Source: Minisyncoccia bacterium
Lineage (GTDB): Bacteria > Patescibacteriota > Minisyncoccia > Phycocordibacterales > UBA9973
Direction: 5' to 3'
Assembly (NCBI GenBank): GCA_049287305.1
Contig: JBAQFO010000009.1
Location: 108,558 to 172,557, forward strand
DNA: 64,000 bases
Below, one piece after another: positions 22,522-32,328 of this stretch. A program made the position numbers and the translations under genes. The notes under the pieces were generated by a model. That model ran no database searches and had not been told where the DNA came from. It worked only from the letters and a program-made list of their open reading frames with translations. Numbering within the stretch: position 1 is the first letter of the stretch; each line of letters starts with the position of its first letter.

Positions 22522-22532
22522 GGCAGAATAAA

Positions 22533-23591
22533 TTAAATCATCCGCTCTAACCCTTTTGGATTAAGCGAATATTGATAAGCGTTTTCAATTGAAATTTCTC
22601 CCGCCCGCACAAGTTCAAGCAGCGAATGGTTTAAGTCAACCATTCCTGACTCGGTACCGGTTTCTATAACTACATCTATTTCGTGGGTGCGTTTTTCCCT
22701 TATAAGATTGGAAACCGCGTTGTTGTTCAGCAAAAGCTCATATGCCGGCACAAGTCCGCCCGCAATCCGGGGAACAAGCCTCTGCGAAAAAATACCGAGA
22801 AGAGAAGCTGCAAGCTGAGAGCGAATCTGGTCCTGCTGGTTCCCTGGGAAGGAATCAATTATTCTATCAATGGTCTGAGAAGCGTTGTTGGTATGAAGGG
22901 TGGAAAGAACGAGGTGCCCTGTTTCCGCCGCCGTAACGGCCGTAGAAATTGTTTCGGGGGTGCGCATCTCCCCTATCATAATTACGTTCACATCTTCGCG
23001 GAAAACTTCTTTAAGAGCAGTGTGGAAATCCTTGGTGTCAATGCCCACCTCTCGCTGGTTAATTATGGATTTGTTCGCGGTGTATACATGTTCTATGGGG
23101 TCCTCAATTGTTATGATATGACGGGCTTGTTCATTGTTTATCAAGTTAACCATTGAAGAAAGAGTTGTGGATTTTCCTTGCCCCACGGGTCCTACAACCA
23201 AGAAAAACCCCTGCTTCTTGCGAGCCAGCTCCGCCAGTATGGGCGGTAAGCGCAACTCAGTCATTGACTGCACTTTGGGAACCAACCGAAAAACAATGTT
23301 TATCAAACCTTTTTGAAAAAACGCATTCCCTCGCAATCTCGCCTCTCCGCGAAAATCATAAGAAAAATCGGCGTCAAAGTTTTCTTTAAAGCTTTCAATT
23401 TTCTTTTCACTTAAAATTTCTGACAAGAATCCCAGCACGTCTTCTTGAGTCAGCACCGGGTGCTTCGCAAGGCTTATAAGCTCTCCTGATACCCTTATGG
23501 AAGGAACCCGTCCAGCGCCCAAGTGGAGGTCTGAGCCGTTTTCTCGTATTACATTTAAAATAAGTTCTTCAAGATTTTTTTTATAGTCCAT
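22533..23591 (-). CDS. pilT: Type IV pilus retraction ATPase PilT
   Basis: N-terminal SDLHLGAGRVPSIRVSGEL, Walker A VVGPVGQGKSTT, Asp box, Walker B IMIGEMR and His box at a PilT-like length (352 aa). Confidence 0.85.
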   Translation of the reverse strand: MDYKKNLEELILNVIRENGSDLHLGAGRVPSIRVSGELISLAKHPVLTQEDVLGFLSEILSEKKIESFKENFDADFSYDFRGEARLRGNAFFQKGLINIVFRLVPKVQSMTELRLPPILAELARKKQGFFLVVGPVGQGKSTTLSSMVNLINNEQARHIITIEDPIEHVYTANKSIINQREVGIDTKDFHTALKEVFREDVNVIMIGEMRTPETISTAVTAAETGHLVLSTLHTNNASQTIDRIIDSFPGNQQDQIRSQLAASLLGIFSQRLVPRIAGGLVPAYELLLNNNAVSNLIREKRTHEIDVVIETGTESGMVDLNHSLLELVRAGEISIENAYQYSLNPKGLERMI

Positions 23592-23595
23592 GGAT

Positions 23596-24006
23596 TTAAA
23601 TATTTACTTTAGGTGCACCTGTTTTATTTTCTAAAATTTTTACTACCTGCGCTATCACTTCAGCGGGAGTGGAATTTGCTTTGACAATATACCCGGCAAC
23701 CCCAAGTCTCCCCCCCTCTTCTACGTCTTTTGGTTCGCTTTTATTGGACAAAATTACTTTCATGCAATTCGGACACAACTTTTCATCATTCATTTTTTGC
23801 ATTGCTTCAAACCCGTTCATCTCTGGCATAATTATATCCATTAATAAAAGATCCGGAGAAAGTCCATTTTTTAATTTATCTAACGCATGAATTCCGCTCG
23901 TAGCCGTATAAACCTCAAAATTATTTTGGCTGAACTTGAGCGCATACATGTCCAAGAGGAAGTTGTCGTCATCAACTATTAAAATTTTTTTCTTATCTTT
24001 GTCCAT
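23596..24006 (-). CDS. Single-domain CheY-like response regulator (receiver only)
   Basis: KILIVDDDNFLLDMY...DLLLMDIIMPEMNGFEAM...K is the receiver fold with the phospho-acceptor Asp context. It sits between pilT and pilB. Confidence 0.75.
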   Translation of the reverse strand: MDKDKKKILIVDDDNFLLDMYALKFSQNNFEVYTATSGIHALDKLKNGLSPDLLLMDIIMPEMNGFEAMQKMNDEKLCPNCMKVILSNKSEPKDVEEGGRLGVAGYIVKANSTPAEVIAQVVKILENKTGAPKVNI

Positions 24007-24068
24007 ATTTTTTGAGTGAGGCCTAATTGATTATACTACAAAACAGGCTCTATGGCACACCAGGCGCG

Positions 24069-25811
24069 TTATTCGTTTTCGTTGTTGAAATTATAAACTT
24101 CAGTAAATGGAATCAATCCTTGCAGAGATTTAAATATGGCGTCTTCCCTCATCATAAGCATGCCATTTTTTCTAGCAACTTTATAAATTTCAGTGTTTAC
24201 GGGATTTTTCAATATTACTGATTGCATTTCCTTGTCCACCTTGAACATTTCAAAGACGGCAATACGTCCTCGGGTGCCGGACGGGCATTCCGCCGACGGA
24301 ACTATTTCATACATTTTGTCCCCTATTTTTGGTTTAAATTTTTCCGGTAAATCTTTTATCTGCTCCTCAACCTGAGTTCTAACGCTTTCGTCTATTGGAA
24401 CTTCTTTCCGACATGCCGGATAGGTCATGCGCGCCAAGCGTTGAGCGATAGATACTATAAGGGTCGGGGCTATTAAATATGGGTCAACGCCCATATCCAC
24501 CAGGCGCGGAATGGCTCCCACGGCGCTATTGGTGTGAAGCGTGGAAAGAACGAGATGACCAGTAAGGGCAGCCTGAATAGCGAGCTGCGCGGTTTCTTTA
24601 TCGCGAATCTCTCCCACCATTATAATATCCGGGTCCTGTCTTAAGATAGACCGGAGTCCCGAAGCAAAAGTGTATCCTATTTCCGGCATCATTTGCGATT
24701 GGTTTATATCAGGCATGTGATATTCCACTGGGTCTTCCAAAGAAACTATGTTGCTGCTTTCTTTGTCAAGCTCATTCATCATGGAATACAGAGTGGTTGA
24801 TTTACCTGAACCCGTAGGTCCGGTAATCAAAATAAGCCCATAAGGTCTTCTTATAGCCTCTCTTAGTATGTTTAAATTAATCTCCGACAAACCAAGTTGG
24901 TCTATAGGTTTAACTCCTTTTTCCGAATCCAATATTCGCATCACAACTTTTTCTCCGTAATATGCAGGCATAGTAGATACGCGAAAATCTATTTTATGGC
25001 CGTCAATGTTGGCACTGAAAGACCCGTCTTGCGGTTTTCGTTTTTCATCAAGCCGGAGTTTTGCCAGTATTTTTACGCGGGCCACAATTCCCCCATACAC
25101 GTTCGGGGGCAAGACTATGGTTGTATGCAGCATACCGTCCACCCGAAAACGCACTTTAACTTTTTCCCCCGTATGTTCTATGTGTATATCAGATGCATTT
25201 CCTTCTATGGCTGTGCGCAGAATAACAGCCACAATCTTTATTACCGGAGCGTCTTCAACTATTTTTTGCTCCTCCCCGGGTTTAACGTTTTTTATTTCCT
25301 TACTGAGATTCTCCTCGCTTAAATTCTTAACATCAGAAAGTTCTTCTTGGGTGATTTCGTCCAAAGCTTCTTCGACTTGGTTGCCTATGCCTCTATAAGT
25401 TTGCATTACGCTGTCGTAGTCGGTCTTTGAAATTAGAAACACTTTAAAAGGAATGCCGATTTTATTTGAAATAAATTGAAGAGCATCCATCGCTTGGAGA
25501 TTTTCCGGGTCCATGACGCCAACTTCCAAAACTCCGTCTTTCAACTCTATGGGCGCAAAATGGTAATGCATAGCCGAATCCTCAGAAATATATTTCAATA
25601 CGTCAAAAGACATTCCTTGAACATCTAGTTTTTTCGTTGGAATACCTAAATATTGCCCCTTTACTTCAAGAAGTTTTTCTTCCGGAATTCCCAGCTCAAC
25701 AAGAACCCCATCTATGTCTCCAGCATAATCCTGCTTTGCGCGATTTTTAATTTCTCCTATTTGGCTTTGGTTGATTATGCCTTTTTTTGCTAATTCTTCT
25801 AAAAAACTCAT
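24069..25811 (-). CDS. pilB: Type IV pilus assembly ATPase PilB (GspE family)
   Basis: N-terminal GspE-N domains, Walker A LITGPTGSGKSTTLY, Walker B IIMVGEIRD, a tetracysteine motif and a 580-aa length. Confidence 0.85.
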   Translation of the reverse strand: MSFLEELAKKGIINQSQIGEIKNRAKQDYAGDIDGVLVELGIPEEKLLEVKGQYLGIPTKKLDVQGMSFDVLKYISEDSAMHYHFAPIELKDGVLEVGVMDPENLQAMDALQFISNKIGIPFKVFLISKTDYDSVMQTYRGIGNQVEEALDEITQEELSDVKNLSEENLSKEIKNVKPGEEQKIVEDAPVIKIVAVILRTAIEGNASDIHIEHTGEKVKVRFRVDGMLHTTIVLPPNVYGGIVARVKILAKLRLDEKRKPQDGSFSANIDGHKIDFRVSTMPAYYGEKVVMRILDSEKGVKPIDQLGLSEINLNILREAIRRPYGLILITGPTGSGKSTTLYSMMNELDKESSNIVSLEDPVEYHMPDINQSQMMPEIGYTFASGLRSILRQDPDIIMVGEIRDKETAQLAIQAALTGHLVLSTLHTNSAVGAIPRLVDMGVDPYLIAPTLIVSIAQRLARMTYPACRKEVPIDESVRTQVEEQIKDLPEKFKPKIGDKMYEIVPSAECPSGTRGRIAVFEMFKVDKEMQSVILKNPVNTEIYKVARKNGMLMMREDAIFKSLQGLIPFTEVYNFNNENE

Positions 25812-25831
25812 AGTTATATTTCAATCTTAAC

Positions 25832-26578
25832 TTAAGGAGTAACTGTAAACTGCCAGCTGCTGGTACTCTTACCTTTGCTGTTTGTTACAAAAAAACTATA
25901 TACTCCTTGCTTCACTGCCTCAGGTTTAGTTAGGCCGAGGGGCGTAACAGATGAAGGAACAGTAAAGACAATGGAACTGCCGTCAGTAGAGTTTATGTTT
26001 TGTATAGGTGATGATTTAAAGCTTACTTTATTGCCAGACTGGCTAAAACCAGAACCGTTGATAGTTACTACCGTTCCGACTGGTCCGGTTAAAGGCGTAA
26101 CAGATGTAATGCTTAGGGGGTCATTAAAATAATTCACGGGTGGATTATTAGTAGAAGGAGGAGCCGTTGGAGGAGAAGGTTCTGTAGGAAGATTGGTTAA
26201 AAGAGGGTCCAAAGAAACCTCCTCCTTATCAGAACCAATCGGTGCAAAAGGGTTCGGCCTTCCCTCTGTTCCGTCAGGCACTAGAACAATACTTGAGTCA
26301 CGAAGACTATTCCAAGCCGTATCCGCAAAAATAGAATCATCCAACTTTATATTTCTCACGCTTAACAACAACGTCAGAAATTCTTGAGCCACAAGGTTTT
26401 GCGTGTTATCTAAAGCTCCTACCGCATTGGTTCCGCCAACATCAGGTAAATTGGAAGACGGCGAAGACGTTACCAGGTTGGTGTCGGGAGCTTCGGGTTT
26501 CTGCACAAAGAATATATATATCAGCACGAAAACCGCTGCAATTGAGACAAATATTATAATGTTTCTAATTTTTGGCAT
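25832..26578 (-). CDS. Membrane-anchored protein with P/T-rich linker and C-terminal IPT/TIG (Ig-like) domain, sitting at the PilP position
   Basis: Single N-terminal TM (IIIFVSIAAVFVLIYIFF), a PSPPTAPPSTNNPP linker, and SITSVTPLTGPVGTVVTINGSGFS...VSF...FTVP, the IPT/TIG pattern. Confidence 0.5.
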   Translation of the reverse strand: MPKIRNIIIFVSIAAVFVLIYIFFVQKPEAPDTNLVTSSPSSNLPDVGGTNAVGALDNTQNLVAQEFLTLLLSVRNIKLDDSIFADTAWNSLRDSSIVLVPDGTEGRPNPFAPIGSDKEEVSLDPLLTNLPTEPSPPTAPPSTNNPPVNYFNDPLSITSVTPLTGPVGTVVTINGSGFSQSGNKVSFKSSPIQNINSTDGSSIVFTVPSSVTPLGLTKPEAVKQGVYSFFVTNSKGKSTSSWQFTVTP

Positions 26579-26604
26579 TTGTTTATCTTAAATGTCTCTC
26601 AATT

Positions 26605-27207
26605 TTAATTCTTCAACCAATAAGTCTTAATGGTAAAGGTGTAATTATATGTATCCGAAGACGGGGCTACCCCAAGCCCAATGGATGGAGCCGTTTTGGA
26701 GGAAAAAACAATGGAGGATATATCTACTATGCGAAGATTGCTTTCCAAGTCTCTCGTGAAATTAATAAAATTATCGTAGCTTCCCGAAGTTGAGAATTCC
26801 AAATCGAAAACTCCGAAGTCTTTATTGGCGTGTTTTGGCGTCCCCCCGGGCAAGACTCCCTGTGGTTTCGTTGGGTCAGTTACTTTTGTTTCTGTGTTGT
26901 ATTTAACGTCTTTTAGACTCATGCCATAAGGCGCGGCTATCTGTTCTATTTCTAGAATCAAGCGAATATTGTCAACGTTTTGTGGTAGAAACCTTGTTAA
27001 TTTATTCAAGTTTTCAGGGTTTATGGAGTTGAACTTAGCTGTCAATTTATCTCGTTCGCTTTCCAGCATCTTTGAATTGCCAAGTGCTTCGTTATAAGAT
27101 GCAACTTCCGCGTTCAGCACCTTTATTTCATTGAAAATAGGATTTGCGAACACGAAAAAAACAGCTATCGCGATTCCTATTAAAATAATCGGCATTATGA
27201 ATTTCAT
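26605..27207 (-). CDS. pilO: PilO-like pilus assembly protein
   Basis: N-terminal TM, coiled-coil region, PilO-like C-terminal domain and its position after pilN. Confidence 0.6.
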   Translation of the reverse strand: MKFIMPIILIGIAIAVFFVFANPIFNEIKVLNAEVASYNEALGNSKMLESERDKLTAKFNSINPENLNKLTRFLPQNVDNIRLILEIEQIAAPYGMSLKDVKYNTETKVTDPTKPQGVLPGGTPKHANKDFGVFDLEFSTSGSYDNFINFTRDLESNLRIVDISSIVFSSKTAPSIGLGVAPSSDTYNYTFTIKTYWLKN

Positions 27208-27212
27208 AAACT

Positions 27213-27809
27213 TTAAATATCTGCTGAAATCGTTTGTTTGTAATTAACAAAATTTGAATCAACGGAAAAATCCAAATCAAAAACAACATTGCCGTCATTG
27301 TCCAGCGTTAAGTTTGAAAAAATCGGGTCAATCATGTTTTTGTTTTGAGCGAAAATATCTGACTGCAGAGCTATAGAACGATATCCGACCGCTACTCCGG
27401 ACATTTGGACAGAAACAACGGAATCTTGGTCGTCTTCCAAAGTGTAGGTAAACCTGGTGAAGCCCACCGTCTTCATGGTTGTTTTTTCAAGCAATTCAAA
27501 AATAGGAGTTATGGAAATGTGATTTGCTAAAATTTCACTGGAGGCGCGGAGTCTTTTGTCTAAAACTTGAAGCTCTGAAATCTTGGAGGGCTCAAAGCGG
27601 TTCTGCGCCAAAGTTAAATCATTTTCCATTTTCGCGATTCTCTTCGCCGCAATTCCTTTGTAAAAATAAAGCCCACCGGAAGCAAGTAAAACAGTAAACA
27701 AAAGCAGTAAAGATATGATGAGCAAAAGGCTGACGGGACGCGACGAAGTATCACGTTCCTTGATGATAGGTTTTTTAGGTATAAATGATGTTTGAAAATT
27801 TTGCTCCAT
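27213..27809 (-). CDS. pilN: PilN-like pilus assembly protein
   Basis: Single TM (LLLIISLLLLFTVLLASGGLYFY) followed by a coiled coil, positioned after pilM. Confidence 0.6.
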   Translation of the reverse strand: MEQNFQTSFIPKKPIIKERDTSSRPVSLLLIISLLLLFTVLLASGGLYFYKGIAAKRIAKMENDLTLAQNRFEPSKISELQVLDKRLRASSEILANHISITPIFELLEKTTMKTVGFTRFTYTLEDDQDSVVSVQMSGVAVGYRSIALQSDIFAQNKNMIDPIFSNLTLDNDGNVVFDLDFSVDSNFVNYKQTISADI

Positions 27810-27842
27810 TTTCCTTGTTCAATACTTATTACATTATCGCAC

Positions 27843-28970
27843 TTATTGTAATTTTCGCAATGCCAAACCGAGAGCAACGGCAAATTCGGGGCCCATAGAT
27901 AGAAGAACCTTCTCCAGGAAAGCCGGAGCCTCAACTTTGGAAAACGGACGCCCCGTCTCAATCTCGGCGCGGAAGTTATTTGCCGCCACTTCCTTTAGGC
28001 CTTTTAGGAGAGCTCCCCCTCCGGTGAATATTACCTTGCTGATAGTTCTGTCATTTCTCTTTTCGTATCCTAATAATACATTATTTGTTTCTGAAAAGAT
28101 ATAATCTATGTGCACTTTTATGATATCCGCCAAGGTTTTTTCCGCAGGATTCCCAAAAAGACCAAAATCCTTTTTCATTTTCTCGGCGTCGGCAAAAGGG
28201 ATGCTTAGTGATTTGGAAATGGAGTTAGTTATGTCAGCTCCTCCTCGGTCTATGGTGTGATAACCTTTGACCATGCCAAACTCCACGATAGAAAGTTTGG
28301 TGCGTGAAGCTCCAAAATCCATCAAGAGAACCGGAGAGAGTTCGTGTTCAAAATTCGCGCGAATGGAAGAAAATATTTCAATTTCAAAAAAAGCAGGTGT
28401 TAAGTCGCACTGCGACAGAATGGAACGCTGTTTCCCTACCGCTTCGTTTTGCGTAGCGACGACCAGCACATTTATTTTGTCCACAGGAACTAGTGGCAAA
28501 TCCGGATTGTTCATTTCCTCAAAAGACTGTTCTCGTTTTGGAAGCACGAAATAGTCTATGGACACCTCGGTGATAGGAACCGGAATATATTTGCGGGCTT
28601 CCGTGGGAACTATGGACGCTATTTCGTCTTCACTTATTTGCGCCGGCAGGTCAATAATGAAAATTAAACTTGATTGGATGGGAACAGAAAGAGCCACGTT
28701 CTGCCCTGTTACGCCGGATTGTTTTAGGACTTCCTTGAGAGCAAGAGCGGATTTTTCCACCGACAGATTAGTGGCCTGTCCGGCTTCAATATCCGCATAA
28801 GGGCCAAGCGCTATGGCTCCGTATGTCTCCAGCACCGCCTTGCCTCCTTTTCTTTTGATTTCCACTACCTTTATGGATGAAGACCCAATATCAATTCCAA
28901 TAGCGGAATCCGATGCTCCCCCTCCCGCCTTATTAAAACCTGAAAAAATATTTTTTAGCAAATTACTCAT
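27843..28970 (-). CDS. pilM: PilM, actin-like ATPase of the type IV pilus alignment complex
   Basis: IGIDIGSSSIKVVEI... is the actin/FtsA-like fold, and the gene is the first in the pilMNO run. Confidence 0.8.
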   Translation of the reverse strand: MSNLLKNIFSGFNKAGGGASDSAIGIDIGSSSIKVVEIKRKGGKAVLETYGAIALGPYADIEAGQATNLSVEKSALALKEVLKQSGVTGQNVALSVPIQSSLIFIIDLPAQISEDEIASIVPTEARKYIPVPITEVSIDYFVLPKREQSFEEMNNPDLPLVPVDKINVLVVATQNEAVGKQRSILSQCDLTPAFFEIEIFSSIRANFEHELSPVLLMDFGASRTKLSIVEFGMVKGYHTIDRGGADITNSISKSLSIPFADAEKMKKDFGLFGNPAEKTLADIIKVHIDYIFSETNNVLLGYEKRNDRTISKVIFTGGGALLKGLKEVAANNFRAEIETGRPFSKVEAPAFLEKVLLSMGPEFAVALGLALRKLQ

Positions 28971-29008
28971 TGAAATTTATGATAGAATACTTTCTAAGTA
29001 TAACATAT

Positions 29009-29680
29009 ATGCGTTTTTTAGACACCATACTGGAAATAGTTTTCCCGGGAAAATGTCTGGTGTGCGACAAAAGAGGAGCAGATTTATGTTTTTCGTGCCT
29101 TTCGGCATCCCCTCCCGCCCTGCGCGAAAGCCCCGCCTGGATTTTTCCGCTGTTTGATTATCGTCATCCCCCTATTAAAAAATCCCTATGGTGCCTAAAA
29201 TATAAAGGCAGGAAAAAACTGGCCGGGGTATTTGCGGAAGTTATTTATGACCACATTATGGAAGAGTTGTCGGAGTTAAGTATTCTTCAAAACTTTACCG
29301 AACCCATTTTAATCCCCATCCCGCTTTCTCCAGGGAGATGTCGCGAGCGTGGCTTCAACCAGGCAGAGCTAATTTGTAAAGAATTAATAAAGATAGATAC
29401 CATGCGTAATATCGGAGAAACTAAAGGAAGTTTACGCCTAGAGGAAAATATTTTAATCAAGCCTAAAGACACGGAACATCAAGCCCACATAAAAGACCGC
29501 GTCTTGCGGTTAAAAAATATCTCAGGCTCGTTTGTCGTCAGAGTCCCAACCGCGATAAAAGACAAAAACATAATTTTAATAGATGACATCCTGACTACGG
29601 GGGCTACGCTCGGTGAAGCGAAAAAAGTTTTGAAACTTGCTGGGGCAAGGAAAATCATAGCTTTTACCATAGCGCATTGA
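29009..29680 (+). CDS. comFC: ComF-family competence protein (ComFC, zinc-ribbon plus phosphoribosyltransferase domain), divergent from pilM
   Basis: CLVC...CFSC zinc ribbon and the C-terminal PRTase signature IILIDDILTTGATLGEAKKVL. The open frame begins with TTG at 28970 and the first strong ATG is 29009 (MRFLDT...). Confidence 0.75.
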   Translation: MRFLDTILEIVFPGKCLVCDKRGADLCFSCLSASPPALRESPAWIFPLFDYRHPPIKKSLWCLKYKGRKKLAGVFAEVIYDHIMEELSELSILQNFTEPILIPIPLSPGRCRERGFNQAELICKELIKIDTMRNIGETKGSLRLEENILIKPKDTEHQAHIKDRVLRLKNISGSFVVRVPTAIKDKNIILIDDILTTGATLGEAKKVLKLAGARKIIAFTIAH

Positions 29681-30336
29681 AAAAATTCTTTGTTTGTTGT
29701 TATAATCAAAGTTATATTATGGAATTTGCAACCAACCTCTGGCCGTATGTTTCCGAAAATCCGTATTTTTTTCTTTTTATGGGAATGCTCTTCGGAGGAG
29801 AAACCTTTCTTTTGCCGGCTGTTTACTTGGCAACCAGGGGAACCCTTTTCTTTCCCTCTATTGTTCTTCTGTCGGGTCTGGCAACTTTAATCTCTGACAG
29901 TGCCTGGTATTTCATCGGACGTTTTTTGCCTTTGGAAAAAATACTGTTGTGGAAAACATTTTTAAAAAAACGAGAGGTATCTCTGAAAATATTCGAGGGG
30001 TTTAAAAATCACAGTCGCAAGCTTTTATATATTTCAAAATTCGTTTATGGCACAAGAACCTTGGTTCAGGTTCTCGCGGGAACCATTAGGATGCCTTTTG
30101 TTACCTATTCTATCGTAAATTTGGCCGGCATAATGAGTTATCTTCTGGTGATTTCAACTACGGCTATTTTAACTAAAAAGAGTCTGGCTTCTTTCGGACA
30201 GATATCCTACAATGAATATGTTTCAGCTTTCGTATTTATTCTTGTAATCGGTATTGTTCATATATGCCTGAAAAAATGGCTCGGCAAAAAATTTATAGCG
30301 TCGTCATCCCAGCCTGGAATGAAGAACGAACAATAA
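29677..30336 (+). CDS. DedA / SNARE-associated (VTT domain) family membrane protein
   Basis: LFGGETFLLPAVYLATRG...ISDSAWYFIGRF is the DedA-type pattern with multiple TMs. The likely start is MEFATN at 29719. Confidence 0.6.
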   Translation: MKKFFVCCYNQSYIMEFATNLWPYVSENPYFFLFMGMLFGGETFLLPAVYLATRGTLFFPSIVLLSGLATLISDSAWYFIGRFLPLEKILLWKTFLKKREVSLKIFEGFKNHSRKLLYISKFVYGTRTLVQVLAGTIRMPFVTYSIVNLAGIMSYLLVISTTAILTKKSLASFGQISYNEYVSAFVFILVIGIVHICLKKWLGKKFIASSSQPGMKNEQ

Positions 30337-30992
30337 AAGACGTTGTGGAAGTATTTATGGCGCATCCTTGGTGTCATGAAGTCATTGTTGTTTCCGACGG
30401 ATCTACGGATAAAACAGGAGAGGTGGCGCGAGGAGCCGGAGCTATCGTGATAGAACTCCCGCAAAACGAAGGGAAAGGAGAAGCCATGGACAAAGGAATC
30501 GCTGTCGCGAAGACCGATATAATTTTTTTCTCTGACGCGGATATCTTGGGATTAACCCCTGAAATAATTTCCAGCATCGCGGAGCCTGTGTTGGATGGCA
30601 GATATGCAATGTCTATGGGAATTCAAGGCCAATCAATCTACTGGTTAAATCGTATTTTGCATTTTTTCCCCCTGATTGGAGGGCAAAGAGTCGTTACTAA
30701 AGAACTTTGGTATGCAGTGCCAAAGAAGTTTCGCACCCGTTTTCAAATAGAAACTGCGCTAAATTATTACAGTAAAAAGTTCGGGAAAACAGCTCATTTT
30801 ACCCTCTTCCCCGACATGAGACAGGTAAAAAAGGAAACTAAATACGGATTCCTGCGAGGGTTTTGGATGCGGATAAAAATGTTTGCCGAGATATTTTTTG
30901 TTTCTGTGCGCCTATATGTTTTTGACCGGCTATTTACCGCAATTAAAATCAAGCCTCAAAATCTAAAAATTATTGCCAAATATCCCAAATAG
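30276..30992 (+). CDS. Family 2 glycosyltransferase (GT-A fold; Dpm1/GpgS-like)
   Basis: IPAWNEERTI...VIVVSDGSTDKT...FSDADI is the GT2 DxD-type pattern. It overlaps the 3' end of the DedA gene by about 60 nt. Confidence 0.7.
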   Translation: MARQKIYSVVIPAWNEERTIKDVVEVFMAHPWCHEVIVVSDGSTDKTGEVARGAGAIVIELPQNEGKGEAMDKGIAVAKTDIIFFSDADILGLTPEIISSIAEPVLDGRYAMSMGIQGQSIYWLNRILHFFPLIGGQRVVTKELWYAVPKKFRTRFQIETALNYYSKKFGKTAHFTLFPDMRQVKKETKYGFLRGFWMRIKMFAEIFFVSVRLYVFDRLFTAIKIKPQNLKIIAKYPK

Positions 30993-32199
30993 CTCCGGCT
31001 ATGTTCTTTGGTTTTCCCTCCAGAGCGTAGTAGTGCAAGTCAATGAATGGCAGAGTATTGCACTCAATAATCCCCCACTTTTGCGAATCTGATGCTACCG
31101 CCGGGTCGGGAACAATGCAATCAAAACCGATAACAGGCAAATTAACCGCCCTTGCCGCTTCTTCCAAAATTGGGATAAAGCTTGGGTGAAGTTCATCCAG
31201 CATCTCTTTCGTTAAGCCTCCAAAAAGCCTTCCGGTGCGGTGGGTAAGCGACAAGCGAACCCCTGCCGGCACGACATCTTCCATTTTAAAACCCGAACGT
31301 AAAACGTAATTTTTTAATTCTTCGTTGACTAATACTTTCTCCACCCTCTCCGGACGATTGGAATCTTTTTCGGCGATAAGTTCCTCCAACGTTTTTTCTC
31401 CGTCTCCCACAACGAAAGGAGTGGCTCCTCTGTAAAAACCCATCAATTTCCCTTTTACGAATGTGGCTCGGCATACATATCCTTCCAAATGTTCCTCTGC
31501 CACCAACTGCGCGCAGATTTGCTTGGCTATACCAATCCCGGCTTTGAACTCAGAAATGTTGCGGATATTTGTAACGGTATGCCTTCCCCTAGACCCAACT
31601 CGCGGCTTCACTATTATCGGAGTTTTGAATTTTGAAAATATCTGCTCCGTTTTATTAAGAGAAAAAACGCTAAATTCTACATATTCGGGAACCGGGATGT
31701 TTTTTTTAATAAATTCCTGTTTTAGCACGAACTTATCATCCCAATTTTCTACCATATTTAAATCCTTCATGGGAATAGGTAAACTATTAAAGTAAACGGA
31801 TTTCCCGCGGAGCTTGGCGCGATACATGTCCGTGGTTTTGCCAAACATTATCAAATGTTTCATATCTATCCCCCGCCTCCGAGCCTCCTCCCAAATAACC
31901 CGAGAGCGGAAAGTTCTAGCACTATCTATATCGTCCGACAATTTGGCCAGCCGAAAAAATAACAGGATATTAAAAAAAGAAAACAAAAGCCAATCAACAA
32001 AATCTTTCAAGAAATCGGGCGCATGCCTGGTCACCCCCATTATGTGGTCGTCAACGGCCATAGACACCAGGCTGGAAAAGTAAAAAAGTCGGTGGTTAAT
32101 GGGCGCGTCCCCGCAATAAACGCAGGGGCTTTTTTTTCGGCTGGGTTCAGTATTTGTTTTGGAATTTTTTTTCATAAAGGCAAAGAGACAGCCCAGCAT
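30970..32199 (-). CDS. ATP-grasp domain protein (cyanophycin-synthetase N-terminal / RimK-like ligase fold) with N-terminal hydrophobic region
   Basis: IIVKPRVGSRGRHT...GIIECNTLPF... shows ATP-grasp B/C subdomain patterns. The N-terminal ~120 aa are unassigned. Confidence 0.55.
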   Translation of the reverse strand: MLGCLFAFMKKNSKTNTEPSRKKSPCVYCGDAPINHRLFYFSSLVSMAVDDHIMGVTRHAPDFLKDFVDWLLFSFFNILLFFRLAKLSDDIDSARTFRSRVIWEEARRRGIDMKHLIMFGKTTDMYRAKLRGKSVYFNSLPIPMKDLNMVENWDDKFVLKQEFIKKNIPVPEYVEFSVFSLNKTEQIFSKFKTPIIVKPRVGSRGRHTVTNIRNISEFKAGIGIAKQICAQLVAEEHLEGYVCRATFVKGKLMGFYRGATPFVVGDGEKTLEELIAEKDSNRPERVEKVLVNEELKNYVLRSGFKMEDVVPAGVRLSLTHRTGRLFGGLTKEMLDELHPSFIPILEEAARAVNLPVIGFDCIVPDPAVASDSQKWGIIECNTLPFIDLHYYALEGKPKNIAGAIWDIWQ

Positions 32200-32298
32200 A
32201 AATGACAGACTGTCTCTTTTAGAACGAGAAAAACATTTTAGTGTCCTCCGATCATAGTATTATTAGAGTTGAAAATTTACTAATATACGACCTCAATA

Positions 32299-32328
32299 AT
32301 TATACCATAGCTAGTTTGGTTTAAACAA
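32299..32328 (-). promoter_or_regulatory. Sigma70-like promoter (TTGTTT-18nt-TGgTATAAT) for the ATP-grasp gene, inside the 3' end of the NUDIX gene
   Basis: Reverse strand reads TTGTTTaaaccaaactagctatggTATAAT, with an extended -10 TG. Confidence 0.35.
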
